This document shows, one piece after another, positions 37,101 through 50,596 of a stretch of DNA of 64,000 nucleotides. Under the pieces are notes generated by a model, which was not told the DNA's origin, ran no database searches, and saw nothing but the letters and a program-made list of their open reading frames with translations. Both the position numbers and the translations under genes were made by a program. Numbering within the stretch: the first letter of the stretch is position 1; each line of letters starts with the position of its first letter. The DNA is from Vitrella brassicaformis CCMP3155 (taxonomy: Eukaryota; Protista; Chromerida): the NCBI GenBank assembly GCA_001179505.1, contig CDMY01000603.1, positions 252,749 to 316,748 of the forward strand, in the 5' to 3' direction.

Positions 37101-39288
37101 GTGGGTGTTGATGAGTGTCTGCCCCTGGAGGAGCGGTGGCTTATGAGCGGGGAGAGCTTCTACTGCCTTATGCGGTTCTACCAGATTCTCTACGAGCGGC
37201 TCAAGAAGGTGCGCTGCGGTCCCTCCCTCTGCTCTGTGTGCGGTTGGGTGCGGTGTGCGGTGTATGGGAGGGGACGGACACAGAGGCGTGTGTGTGTGTG
37301 TGTGCATGTGTGTGTGCAGGCGAAGGCTGTGATGGAGACGCACGTAGACGACGCCGCGGCCCGACGAATGAAGTTCTCGCCCACGCCGTCTGAGACAGAG
37401 GAGGTGGGTGGGGTGCGTGTCGCGACGGACGCTTCCATACGTGTGATGCGATGAATGCCATTCATGTCGTCATGTGATGTGATGCATTCATGTGGAACAT
37501 GTCGTCATGTGTGTGGTTGTGTCCACCACAGAAGTTGGACTACGATTGGGTCAAGAACACGGTGTATGCGCTCATCAACAACGAGATCGACATCAGTGCA
37601 TACGAAGATGACCTCAGGCACACGAATACACTCACACACACATTGGATTGGCCTATAGCTATGTGTGGAGACAGACGAGACAGGCATTTGCATTGCTACG
37701 TCCCCATTGGCATGTGATGTGATGTGGCGTATCTCTCTCTGGGTATGGTGTGCTATGCTGTGCAGGAAGGCGATGGGCACAGAGGCCTACAGCCTCTTCA
37801 CCGTGGACAAACTGCTCTCGCAGGTGAGTGAAACGGATACAGACATGTGAGGAACCTGTGTGTGTATGGCGCTGTGTCTGTGTCTGTGTGCATTCAGATG
37901 GTGAAGCTGCTGCAGGGGATGGTGAACGACCCCAACACACTGAGGATCGCATCGCTCTATCTCGCTTACAGAGACAGTAAGTATGCCATTCTCCTTCCCC
38001 CATCTCCCAATACACACCCATGTGTGTGTGTGTGTCTGGCCCGTCACCCGTCAGTTCTGACGACCCGCGCGGCGGTCGACTCCTATGAGAAGGAGTGCAG
38101 AACCATCGTCGGGTGAGCCCTGCTGTGCTGCAACTTCCGTCATAATCCAGCGATACATCCACCACACATCCAGCTGTGTATGTCTTGTATGTGTTGTGTG
38201 TCTCCTCTCCTCTCTGTCAGTGATGCCATGCACTTCCGCATTCGGTGGGACCTGAGGAGCCGCGAGCTGACCATCAGGATGGTCACACCTGCGGACTACT
38301 GGCACACCACACCACCAGAGGTGGGTGCGTTGGGAAGCATTGCAATCGTCGGGGAGAGGAGGCCCATCAATTTGTTGTGTGGATTTGGTGTTGTGGTGTG
38401 TAGGATCGTCCGGTGATGACAGCGTGTGACGGCGAGGTGCTCAAGTACTGCCTGAGCTACATGGGGCCATACACGCTCGTCTCCGACCACATCAACTTCG
38501 CCACACAAATACCCGACCCCAGACATGCAGTAAGGTCCACAGACAGAGAGAGAGAGCCTGGCCTGCCCTGACTGACACCCATATTATCTCCCTCCCTCCC
38601 TGCAGACGGCTGCAATAGTGCCGTATGTGGGAGAGCTTGCTGGCGACAGGCCTGTGCGCTTCCTCAGAAGGTCAGCCTGTCCACAATGGGCCAATGGGAC
38701 CATGGCCCATATCCATTGCACTTAGTTGCTCGTTGGCTGGTGTAGGAATCGTCGCCGCGTGCGTCGTCGTGACGGCGACTACCCGCCCCGTTCGGACAGC
38801 GCCGTCCCGCCCGCCAAGGAGAGGCGGCACCACTACAAAGACGCCAACATCGCCATGCACAACGGACTCTGCTGCAGGGTAACACACATCACATTCATTG
38901 ATGAGCAATGTAATGCTCCACCCATCTGTGTGTGCATGTTGGAATGGTTTGGTCTGTTTTGGTTTGGTATGGCATAAAGATGCCGCTGCATTCCTACCGG
39001 CTGGCGTATGTGCCCAACACCCACGACGTGCTCCTCAGACCCAGACATCGCAAGCGAGCCGTAAGCCGACCGACCCGACACACACGCCGTCCCGTCCACC
39101 TTGGAAGCCACCCTCCCTGTTCATGTCATGTGTGGGGGCAGGCGGAGCGCGGTGCGGCGGGTGAGGCGAAGAGGCTGCGGCGGTTCCAGCACTGGCTGAG
39201 CATGCGGCTGGTCGACGCGGAGAGGCAGCCGTTCCTCAGACCTATAGTGCCCATCAAGGAGGAGGCCGACACCACCATGAGAGACTGA
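31165..39288 (+). CDS. SIN3: SIN3 transcriptional corepressor / HDAC scaffold
   Basis: PAH1 ([14 protein letters not shown]...FLEIMKDFK|[29 protein letters not shown]), PAH2 ([11 protein letters not shown]...EFCQFLPD), a PAH3-like exon, the HDAC-interaction domain (SYRLLPKD...[16 protein letters not shown]...GSED...[20 protein letters not shown]), [11 protein letters not shown], and Sin3 C-terminal [10 protein letters not shown]. Confidence 0.93.
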
Positions 39289-40321
39289 CTGAGATGGTGC
39301 ATCGTCCCTTTCGGGCCAGTCTTCCCCTCCCTCTTCGCTCCCTTGTCTGTCTGTCTGTCTGTGTAACTGATGGAGGGGCCAACCAATCAACCAGTCAGTG
39401 TGTGCGGTGGGGGCCACGTGGGATTGGGAATGTGTACACACCAATGTGTCACGTACACACACGGGGGCGGGAAGGACATTTTTTTGACGTGACGTCCGGG
39501 CGGCTGGAGGGATGGTTGGTTGGTTGGTCTGGTGGCTGCGTACTATCTAAGGGGATAATTCGATGGATGCCTGGATGGGGGTGGGGGGGTGTCTGTCTGT
39601 CTGTCTGTCTGACTTCCTTCCCTAGTATCTTGTACACAGCCAGCAAGCAAGCCTTTCAATCAATGGAATGGCCGTCTGCTGCTATCGCTCGCTGCCGCCT
39701 GCCGCACAACCCGACTCACCCACCCACCCACCCCACCCATGCGATCCGTGTGTGTGACGTCATGTGGGTCTGTCTTGTGGGGTGTCAGGTGCTGTCAGGT
39801 ACGTGGGCGCCTACTATTCTATTCCAACAGAATCCTGATTTGACGAGTGACAACTGACTGACTCGCTTCTCCTGCCTGCCTGCCTGCCTGCCTGCCTGCG
39901 TGCTCGACTCTCCCGTAAGTACTTACACGAGTACGTACGATTCGACAATTCGTTGATTGATATCGCTCCACTACTATAGAGAGAGTCGTGTAAGTCATAT
40001 CAGCTGACCGTTTGTGTACCGACCCCATCCCATCCCTCACTCACCCTCACCCACTCACACCCATCCTGGATACCCCACCCGCACACCCACACTCGATCAT
40101 GCCATGCCATGCAGCCTGGCCTGATCCATGGATGTGATCCCTCGCTCAGTCAGTCAGTCAGTCGGTCAGTCCTTCTCCCGTATGTCTCCACTCTTGTCTG
40201 TCTGTCTCTTGTGTGTCCGTCCGGTCCGGTCTATTCTACAGCCATCCAAGATGCACGAACCGACCGACACTTCTCCTCTCTCTTCTCCCTCCTGTCTCAT
40301 TCGCTTATTCACTTGGATCAC

Positions 40322-42276
40322 TCACTGACAGGGCCTGCTGCCGTCTCCCTCTCCCCCTCCCCCTCCACCTCCCCATGTGGGTGCGTGCTGGCTCATCGGC
40401 GAGAGGGCAGACACGGAGCTCTCCTCACGCCGCCCACCAGCTCCAACCACAGCATCGCCATGACCGGCAGCAGCACACTCGCCTTGAAACCAGCGGTGGC
40501 TCAAGGCAGCTTGGGCTGATGAACAGATGACGCACATACGGTGGGTGGGTGTGGTATTTATTGGTTGTGTCGCCTCGCCCCGCCCACCTGATGGGCATCT
40601 GCGGTGTGTGGGGACGGCAAGGAGGGACTGCACGAGGTCGGACGCATCGGGGAAACGCGCCATCACGTCAGGACGGAAGACAGGACCCTGAGAGAGAGAG
40701 TGGGAGAGAGACATATGCGTGGGCTTACCTACAGGGTCCACCCCCACCCTGGCAGGCACATACCTTCTTTACCACCTCCAGGCAGTCCTGGAAAGTTCCA
40801 TCGTTGCACTGCGACCTGCATCGCATCCACACGCACAGCCAACTGACTGACTGGGCTTAATTATGCTCCTAGGTCGGTGTCCCCTTGTCTGTCTTTCTCG
40901 CGTACTTACAGGTCAAAGGGGAAGTGGCCGTCCATCAAGATGTACCTGCAGTGACCAGGGACGAAGGAAAGAAGCCACACAGGAATGTGATGTGTGTATG
41001 CAGGGAGGGCTTTTGGTCCTGTGTGCTGGCTGGCTGTCTGGCTGCCCACAGAATGACGCCACACTGCCAGAGGTCTGTCTGGACAGAATAGCGGCCGCGA
41101 AACGCCTCAGGCGCCTGCACACACACACACACACACGCGCACACACAGAGCAAATCCCTCCTAACTGTGCCCACATACCCCAGCCATCTCACTGCCGACT
41201 TACGTTGTATTCCTTTGTGCCGACGATCTGCACGTGTCCGCGGTGTATTGGTGTGGGCGGCTCCCGTCTGTCGAGCAGGAGGGCCAGGTCGAAGTCGATG
41301 AGCACCACGCGCCCGTCGGCTGTCGGGCGCGCGTCGTAGATGATGTTGTCCAACTTAATCTACCGGTAGGACACACAGATGTAGCAAAAACACTCGTATC
41401 TATGTCGCTATGTGTGTGTGTTGCCGTATACATCTCGGTGAACGACCTGAGAGCAGGAAGGACCGAAGGAGACACACAGTGGCTTGGCTGTGTCTCTGTG
41501 TGTCTGTGCCGTGTGGTGTAAGCGTGAATGCGTTCGTGCGCTGCGAGCGCACGTTGTGTCTGTGTAGGTGGTCAACTGCTCGTAGCAGCTGGCACATGAT
41601 ATTCCGCACATGCGATTCAGGAATCGTAGACGGCGTGAACTGCAACACAAACTCAACCTGAACACGCAGAGCACACACACGTGACGCCCTCCCACAGCAC
41701 ACACACATTGGACTGTCCACTCGGCCCATCCGACCAGGTCGGTGCCGCTGCACTTCTCCATGACGGCGTGGAAGGCCTGGCCGTTCTCGTACACGCCGTG
41801 CAGCTGCACCACGTTGGGGTGCGGCGCCCTGCCAAGCCGCTCGTATATCATGCGAAAGTACGACTGGTCAACGATGGAACTGACGCAATCCCACACACAC
41901 ACGCAAACACACGCACCGTCCGTCACAGGATGCCTGCCTTGCTTGTGTCTTGCTGTCTCACTGACTGACATGAGGCGGCTCTTGGCCACGACCTTGACCG
42001 CCAGCTCTGGAGCGTCCGATGCGTCAAGAGGGGTCGCGGCGTGCACTGCGGCCATGCTGACAAGCATGACGATAGACAATTAATTGGGGGCCTGCCTGCC
42101 ATGTCCGTTTGGTGTCGTCATGGTGGACGCTTACAATCCCTTGCCGATTTTGCCCTTCAGGCGGTAGCGGGACTCGATGCAGTCGATCTGCTGGATGCGG
42201 AACGACGGCACACGCTGATCGAAGCGATCACGATCACGACTCGACAACAAACTCACCACAGACGCACCCTCTACAA

Positions 42277-42307
<31 letters not shown>

Positions 42308-43001
42308 ATACACACTCAGCTTTCTCCCTTCCTACCTACCTACCCTGGCCCACAGAGAGGCGCCCCATCTGCATGGCGAACCCCCTGCTCCTCGCCACGT
42401 CAAACCCCACCCCCATCCCCGCCGTCCGCCTCTCGCCCTGACACGCATGGGAGATCCCCCCAGCCGACCCGAAAAAGCGATGAGCCCCCTGGCCCCACGA
42501 CCCGCCGGGCAGCACGATGCCGCCATGCATATGCACATGCGGGGGGAACGCGAAAGCGGCATAGCCATGCTGGCTCGGTGAGGTGGTCTGTGATGGCGAT
42601 GATGGTCCAGCCCCGCTGGCAGCCCCTGGCAGTCCCCACTGCTGCAGCTGCCCCGGTGCCAGCTGGTGTTGTCCAGGATGCCTCTCAGGCCTCTCGGGCT
42701 TGTGCTGGTGGTCCTCGGATGGCAGCGATACGTCAGAGTCGAAGGACGCGCAGTCTCTCGCATCGCCGGGCGGCTGCCGAAGGTACGGGTGCGCATGTGG
42801 GCGGGGGTGGAAGCTTATCGGCTCTCGAGGTTGCGGTGGGTGACCGTGGCCTCTGTGCCCATTGCGGCGGCCGTGCGGGTGGGGTTTGCGCTGCCGCTTC
42901 TTCTTGCTGGGCTGCTGCAGCTCCGTATCGCCCTCCTCGGTCGGGCTGAGCGCTCTTTTGCCGTCGAAATGGGCTGAATCATCCTCGCGAGGGTTCTGCA
43001 T
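40322..43001 (-). CDS. Ser/Thr protein kinase (CAMK/CDPK-related, no EF hands, DFD motif)
   Basis: YRLKGKIGKG, LAVKVVAK, HPNVVQLHGVYE...VMEKCSG, VVHRD|IKLDN, LIDFD, GTKEYN|APE, DLWQCGVIL and ALSHRWF; stop at 40322. Confidence 0.88.
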
Positions 43002-43390
43002 GGCCGTATGTCAGATGTATAGAGGAAGAGCAGGGCTATCTGGGATCATGGGAAAGGCGTCCGGTGCCGCTAGGTTGGCTTGAAAGGGGGGCCAATCGGC
43101 ATGGAGAAAAGTGAAAAAGAATCGGTCAACGAACGAAGGGGGGGAGGTGGGGCAACGAACTAGGGAAATGCGAACACGCAGGCCGGGGTATCGCACAACG
43201 ACTCGCCCTCGTAAATTTCGAATGCGTCGGCTTCGACAGTCGACACTTACATCTAGTGCCTGCATGCACTCATGGATCTTCCATCATGTGACCACAAAAG
43301 TCGATCACGGTGCCAACACTACCACCCTCTCAGACCCATCCCTCCCTTCCATCGGTATACATATCATAATTATCCGGTGTGTATATTTGT

Positions 43391-46300
43391 CTACATCCCG
43401 TTCTGCCCGTCCGCCCCATGCCCCTCCTCCGCTTCTGCCCCCTGCACATACGCAAAGGCAGCAAACAAAATACGATGGTGTGCACAGGCGACCGTCTGCC
43501 TGCACCACACACTGACCTCTGCGTCGGTGGTGTGCGTCCGGATCCCGTCGGCCTCCCCTGCTGCAGGGGGCGATGCATGCGCGTGTGTCGGCTGCTCTGC
43601 CCCGATGCGGTGGATGGGAGGATGGCCGACGTACTGGCTGAGCAGCCCTCGACTCAGCACTCCCCGCATCAACTGCAGGGAGGGAGCAAAGAAGCGGAGA
43701 CACTTGCGTGCTACCTACCGGGAGTGGAGTGTGTGTACGCTGGTTGGTTACCAGGGGGCTGTTTCGCGCAACAGCCGCAGTATTGTATGTGTGTGATGGC
43801 TGCAGCAGGCCGGTGCTGGCGGACGGTGTGGGTCCACGCGGCAACGGCGGAGGGTAGCAGCTCTTGTGTTGCTGCTGCTGCTGCTGGTGGGGCTGCTGGT
43901 GGGGCTGCTGCTGCTGCTGTTGGTATTGGTATTGGTTCTCGGCCCCGCTGCCATCCCCACCGTGCCCCAGTGGCACTGGCAGGGTGTCAATGGGCGACTG
44001 TGCGAGAGATGTCACGGGTGAGACCACCGTCCCACCCTCCTGGCTGGCCTTGCGGATCCGAATCGACTCGAGACGCTGGAAATATGCCGCCTCCTGCACA
44101 TCCATCGGGAGAGACACACACAGAGAGAAAGGGTGTGGTGTGTGGGGAGGGGAGGACGGGTGGGATGGGATGGGTGTGTGGGAATGGGAAGGGGCGGCAC
44201 CTCACCTGTCGGGTGAGGTCATCTAGTTCCTCAAGGGTGAGGTTCTCCAACTCCTCAATGGGCACCTGGTGGACAGCACAGCACATACATAGGATTGAAA
44301 TGAATGCATCAGTCAGTCAGTCAGTCAGTCAGTCAACACACAAATCGTAAGTATGTCTGTGTTTGTGTGTATGTCGGCGCTCTCTCTGTCTTGTTTTGTC
44401 TTCTTGCCTTTTCCCCCGTCGGTGTCTGCCTGCCGAGACCAGACATAGAGCGGACACGCCCCACGCCCACCACACCATCTGCACACAAGCAGATACATAC
44501 GCAGCCAGGCACACCCACACCGGCACATGTGCATCAGTCAGTAGGCACGTGTCGTATGCACCACTTCATGTCCGTGTCGTACCGTCCTTCCGTGCAGGAG
44601 CGGGAGCAGCCTTGAGCGAGCGGTTGCGGGCGCGGCCGGTCGGGAGACCCTCTGGGTCAAAGCGACAGCCGCATGATCATGAACACACGTATGTATTCTG
44701 TGTCTCGTCACATGCCACTGACCAGGCCGTTTGGGTGGCGGACCCCTGCTGCTGCTGGCGATCGAGCCCCCCTCGCCGCAACGGGAAGACGTCGTCGACA
44801 TCTGACCTCAACAGAACACGCCATGCACCACACATGGCCACACATCCCATCACACATGCACATCACACCCATTCCCCCCTCCAGACGAGACGCCCACCCA
44901 CCCCACCCGTGTGAGGGATCGTGCGCTCTGGACGCTCTGCAGCTCCTGCTCGGTCTCACGCTGGTGCGCCTGCGAATTCTGCAACCATGCACGCACGGCA
45001 AACAAGAAGGGCAAAAAAGGTACGACAACGACTCATGGTCGGTCAATATTGGACATACCCATGCCACACCCCCCACACCCACCGACCTGTAGCCTTTCGA
45101 TCCAGAGCAGCTCCTCCGCCTCGGCGTTGCGAATGACCTGAGATAAACCGCTGCACACACAAGTGGAGCATTTCAGGAGGGCATGGTCGCAGAGGGAGTA
45201 CTTTTGGCTCTCTCCCTTGCTCTTTTACATCATTTCGTCGTGCAGCTGGTGGCACTTGGTCGTGTTCTCGAGGCGCTTCTCGGTGTCACGCACCTCCTGA
45301 TATACACACAACACAGGCAGGACAAGACAACACAAGGCAGGCGGCGTTCCTCCCGTTTTTGTTTCCCAATTTGTGTGTGTGTGTGTGTGTGTACCTTACC
45401 CTTTTCTGGCTGTTCTCCAGGCGTTTGGCCTCGTGCTGGCACTTGATGGTGTAGATACCTGCGGCACACAGACAGAACACAATACGCACACATGGAATGT
45501 GCGGTGCGCACGAGGCATTCGTCCATCCATCCGTCCATCCGTCCGTCCACGAGTCCACGAGTGCTTACGGTTAGCGTTGAGCATCTGCTGGTACTTCTTG
45601 ACCTCGTCCATCTGGCTCGCCAAACGCTGCGCGGAACAAGAAACCCATGAACCATATATACACACACCACAGATTGCATGAGTTCGTCCCTCCCTCCTTT
45701 GTGATAGTGCGTGCCTTAGTTTCCTCCCGCAGCCGCGTCCCGTGCTCGATACGATCCATCATAGCAGCGTGCCTTTTCTCCTGCACGCACAAGTAAATCG
45801 ACGGGAAATCATGTGTGCCAAGGCGGCCCTTGATCCCTCTCGTCTGTGTATGTGTGTGTGTGTGTGTGTGTGCAGTTGGCTCGCTCACATATATGCGGGC
45901 GTGCAGCTGCTGTCGGTCCATCAGCGCCTTCTGCCGACGACGCGCCTCGTTCTCGGCCTTCTCATCCAAACGCTGACACATGCATGGCACACACACGATG
46001 GATGGAAGACCACCACACGCACGCACACACTCCCACACAGACATACATAGATGCATGGATTTTGGTGCGATGGATGGAGTGGCGTGCATACGATACGCAC
46101 CATCTGGTGCTCCTGGATCTTGGTGTCTCTGACGCTGGCGGTCTCCGTGAACGAACCCACCCGCTTGGTGTTCTCATTAGCCTTACGATTGGCCTTCTCG
46201 TCAGCAGCCTGATCGCACACACACAAAATTCCACAACGCAACACATGCAGCACAGAATTGGGCATGAGCCGTCAGAAACCGGCATCATGGTTTGCTGATA

Positions 46301-46669
46301 TTTGCTGACCTTGAGCCGGTTGATGCGGTTGACGATGCACTGGAACCTGTCGGCCATGAGTTTCCTCTGCTTACCCAGCCGGTTCACCTCCAACACGCTA
46401 CCCTGCCGCCCCGCACCCGCCACGGACGACTCCGCCGTGGCGCCCTCATGCTCGTATGCACCCTCACCCTCCTCGTAGGCGTATGCATCCACTACACCCT
46501 CCTGCTGCTGATGCTGATGCTGATGCATCCCGACCACTCCCTCTCCCTCCCCAGGCTGCGAATCGAGCATCTGCAGATACCGCTGGTAGTGCTGAGGCGT
46601 CATGCGCTGATGGAGGGGCGGCAAGTCGGTGGTGCCCTTGGGCTGCCCAGAAGGCTCCTCCGCAGACAT
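43391..46669 (-). CDS. coiled-coil protein of an uncharacterised family; 3' end uncertain
   Basis: Start MSAEEPSG at 46669. Exons QRKLMADRFQCIVNRINRLK|AADEKANRK and VIRNAEAEELLWIERLQ|NSQAHQRETEQEL resemble a recurrent protist coiled-coil family (LxNRIxxLK ... EExELIxRLQ, from memory). A Q-rich tail follows. Confidence 0.5.
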
Positions 46670-46764
46670 GGTATGGTGAGATCTGCGGGGAGAAGGCCAG
46701 AAAAGGCCGAAAAGCCTTACAAAAAGACCGCCCCCGATCAACACGATTTACAGGGCGACACGGG

Positions 46765-47650
46765 ATGGTCTTCCTGCTGATTCTGGCGCCTTTTGTGGCC
46801 ATTGCCGTGGCCAAAGGTGGCCCTCTCTCGGTACGTATACGTATCACTGCCAAGAACACGTTCTGGCCATTGGCTGCATTGCAGCTTACGACTGCTACAA
46901 GGCGGAGGACAAGGGCGTCAGCTACCGCGGCCACCACGACCACACCCTCAGCGGACGAGCATGCCAAAAGGTGCGCTGCAATGGCATTATAATGCAATGT
47001 GTTGATGACGATGATCTATCATGACATTCAGTGGACCGAGGCGGTTCCGCACCAGATCCCCGAGCAGATGAGCACCGCATCGGAGTCGGGTGTGGGCAAC
47101 CATGCTTTCTGCCGCAACCCTGATCCCTCCGCCCACGACAGGCCCTGGTGCCATACCGTCGACCCCGACACGCCCACGGAGGACTGCGACGTTCCCATCT
47201 GCAAAGGTGGCAGGGAGGGAGGGAGACAGATAGTGCAGTACGGTGTTGTTTTGTTTGGATCGGCCAGACACGTCAGACACGTACAGTGAGGACGCGGAGG
47301 GGACCAAGGCGTACATGGGGCACACAGTCGACTGCAACTGCGGATCGGACAAAACCGGTAGGTACGCCACTGAATGCATTCGTCAGGGGAAAACACGGAG
47401 AGGCGCCCTCACTGACATGTCTCCTCCCTCTGTGCTGCGTGCTGTGTGCATGCTCCAGGTGCTGGCCCGTGGTCAGGCGTCTTGACGCAGATGCGGCGAA
47501 AGCGCCATGCCAAAGGCAGCAGAGGGCTCCAGGTAGGTACACATGCACACGCTCACACCATCACACCATCATGAATTGCGTGCCGTGGAATGCCTTCATG
47601 TGTGTTGGCAGGCGGGAGACGGAGGAGACGATTGCGACTGCATAGACTGA
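46765..47650 (+). CDS. small secreted kringle-domain protein
   Basis: Signal peptide MVFLLILAPFVAIAVA, then YDCYKAEDKGVSYRGHHDHTLSGRACQK|WTEAVPH...NHAFCRNPD...RPWCHTVDPDTPTEDCDVPIC (six-Cys kringle). Short tail ending ...MRRKRHAKGSRGLQ|AGDGGDDCDCID*. Confidence 0.85.
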
Positions 47651-48261
47651 CTAGTCAGTCAACGTGGCCAAGCCGGCTGGCAGTCCCTTCCTCCCTCTAT
47701 CCACCTGTCTAGCTAGCTTAATAGATGGCTCACACTAGGCACTGACTGGCTGCATGGCTGTCAGCAGAACAGACCAGACCGATGCGCGTGTTGTGTTGAG
47801 TGGTGACCTCTGACAATGGATCGATCGCACGTACACGCAGGCAGTAGAAGCGGTTGACGCAATACGCAAAGAGGAGGTCTTACGTACTTACTTAGCAGAA
47901 ACAGGCGGACCATCCAGCACCCAGCCACCCAGGCACCCCGAGCCGCCGGCCATCTATGCGAGCGAGTGTGTGGAAAAATCGCGCAGCTCAACCAAACCAC
48001 AGCAGGCAGGCCGCCAGGCACCACACACGGGCACAACACACACACACACACCCCATCCTTCATCCCTCGTCAGTCAGCCCTTTAGCAAGAAATGAGGGTG
48101 TACCCCGCCATGGATGCAGCAAATCAGGAAAACGCATGTGTGCGTCGCTGCACACAGACAAACAGCCAGTCTGGACGGGCAGACAGGGACCACACGAAAT
48201 GCTCGCTCCACACAAGACAAATCAATGTCCACTTTCCATGCCGTCCCACTGTGTCTGACGG

Positions 48262-48322
48262 GCGCGGTTGCCACCGCCGATTGCCACGTAAGGGTGTCCG
48301 CCTGGTGCTCAGACAGACACTC
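48262..48322 (+). repeat. 61-bp direct repeat, copy 1
   Basis: gcgcggttgccaccgccgattgccacgtaagggtgtccgcctggtgctcagacagacactc; 4 mismatches to the copy at 51388-51448. Confidence 0.9.
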
Positions 48323-48440
48323 TGGCGTTGGCTGAGGCGGATTGAACCACACTCATCAATCACACCAATGGGATGGATCGAAACGGCAGCAGCTAGTTAT
48401 ACTCATCTGTGCTATCTATGGTCTGGTATGGCACCTCAGG

Positions 48441-50450
48441 CTATGCCTGTTGTGAGGTCTTGAGTGCTTCGCGGAGGAGGCCCTCGTTGGCCGACGTGAG
48501 CGGCAGCAACGGCAGCCGGATGCCACCTGCATCACATCGATGACCCACACGGACGGTCAAACAAACCGTGTGTGTGGTGTAGGTGTGGTGTGCCTGTCGG
48601 CCGACGTCCGTCCGTCCGTCCGCACCTTTGATTTTGCCCATCTCTTTGAGGAGGAACTTGGAAGGGGTTGGGTTCGGCTCGCAGAACAGAGCCTGCAAGA
48701 AATGGAATGCCAGACGTCACGTCACCAGGCTTGGATGGGGTTGGCAGTGCAGTGCAGTGCTGCCAGTGAGGTGTCAATCAATCTCACCTACCTTGTGCAG
48801 CGGTGTCAGGAAGGAATCGAGCCTCTCTGCCTCTGTGAACTGCCCACACACACACACACACACACACCAAGCGATGGATCAACACCCGGACGGAGGAATG
48901 AAGGTAGCCTGCAGTCGTTCTTGTCATTTTGTGCCTACGTCCTTGGCGAGTCCGGCCTTGCACATTCGTGAGAAGAGCCCCGGCGCCACGTTGGCCGTCA
49001 CCGATATCACACCGTCGCCTCCTGTAAGTAAGATAGACACATACACCCCCCACCCACAAAAAATGCAGACGTACGTCTGTCTACTCCCTTCCCGTTCTTG
49101 CCCTGTCACCCTGTTTGATCGACTCGCAGGCCAGCCCGTCCTCACCACTGCATTCATCCCATCCACATACACGTACACACACATACACATACAGACACAT
49201 GCGTGTGTGCTTCCAGGCGGGGCGGGGCGGCTCACCTGTAGACGACGAAGTCGGGCCCGCATCTCTTGCGTATGTCGGCGAACCTCTCGATCTTCCCCGC
49301 CGCCTCCTTGGTCGCAATGATCGACCCCACCTTGGACAACCTGACGTGACCAACACACACGCAACTTAATTTGTGTCCATATGGCGTGTATGTTTGTTGT
49401 GGGTGTGGTTGTGGTCGTGTGTTGGTTGTGATGTGGCCCACTGACTGACTGACCTCTCGACAGTTTCAGGCAGCATGTCGCACCCCGTCCTCCCCGGGAC
49501 GTTGTAGAGGATGATGGGCAGCTGGGGGACGGCCTTGGCCACAGTCGTGTAGTGCTGATAGAGGCCCTCCTGCGACACACAGACAGACAGACAGACAGAC
49601 CCCCGAGCATGTGATGACGTCATGGGGAGTGCGTGTGCAGCTATATGATCTATCAGCGCATCAATCAATCAGCGTACAGTCAGTACCTGTGTTGGCTTGT
49701 TGTAGTATGGGGTCACTATGAGGGCTGCATCCGCACCAAGCTGATTGATGCACGCACACACGCATGCCATGCCATGCCATGCTATGCCATGTCCGTCTTT
49801 GCCAGCCAGTCCGTGTGTGTGTCTGCCCTGGCCTGTTTCTGTGACCCACCCCACCTCTAGAGCCCTCTTGGTCTTGGCAACCGTGGCGGCAGTCGAATTG
49901 GTGCCCGTCCCTGAAGCACACAACAAACAAACACCCCACCGGTGGGTGAACCATATCAGTCAATCAATCGGTGAGTCTGCTCTGCCTGTGTGTGGCTGGT
50001 CGTGTCTGTCGTGGTGAGCTGGTCCGACCTGCTATGACGGGTACCCTGCCCTTGGCGTGTGTGATGCAGGTGCCGACCACCCCCTCCCACTCGGCCCCAT
50101 CCAATGTGGGCGACTCCCCTGTCGTACCAACCTGCACACATCGATACCGGCAGATGACAGAGAGTGCCATTCGTACCTACCGCCACGATGCCGTTGGTGC
50201 CCTCAGCGATGTGCCAATCAACCAGGCCCTTCAGGGCCTGACGAAAGAGAAATCAAAGAGCAACAAACACAGCAGGTCCGATCCGCCTTCCTTTGGCATC
50301 CAACCAACATGTGTGTGTGGCGTACAGTGGCATACAGAGTGAGTGCGTCTGTCTGTACCTCACCTCGTAGTCGACGGCTCCCTCTTCTGTCATGGGCGTC
50401 ACCACCGCCACAATGGACCCCTTCAGCTTACTCATATCGAACCCACCCAT
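48441..50450 (-). CDS. dapA: 4-hydroxy-tetrahydrodipicolinate synthase (DHDPS)
   Basis: [28 protein letters not shown]|[18 protein letters not shown]|[50 protein letters not shown] and IRLPL. Confidence 0.95.
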
Positions 50451-50596
50451 ACTGGCTGGAATCTGTCCAACCAACGTCCAAATGCCGTCACACACACAAG
50501 GGGCTTCGCTGAAACAGTCAACTTCAAAAATATTGGCCTTCGGGCTAAGCTCGCAGATGTGGTGCGAGCCGGAGGAAGGATCTGCATTCTGAAGTG

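Noticed and set aside
47760-47960. Short non-repetitive segment that might be a minus-strand microgene
   Set aside because: No convincing start, splice pattern or motif; probably overlapping 3'UTRs of the kringle gene and dapA.
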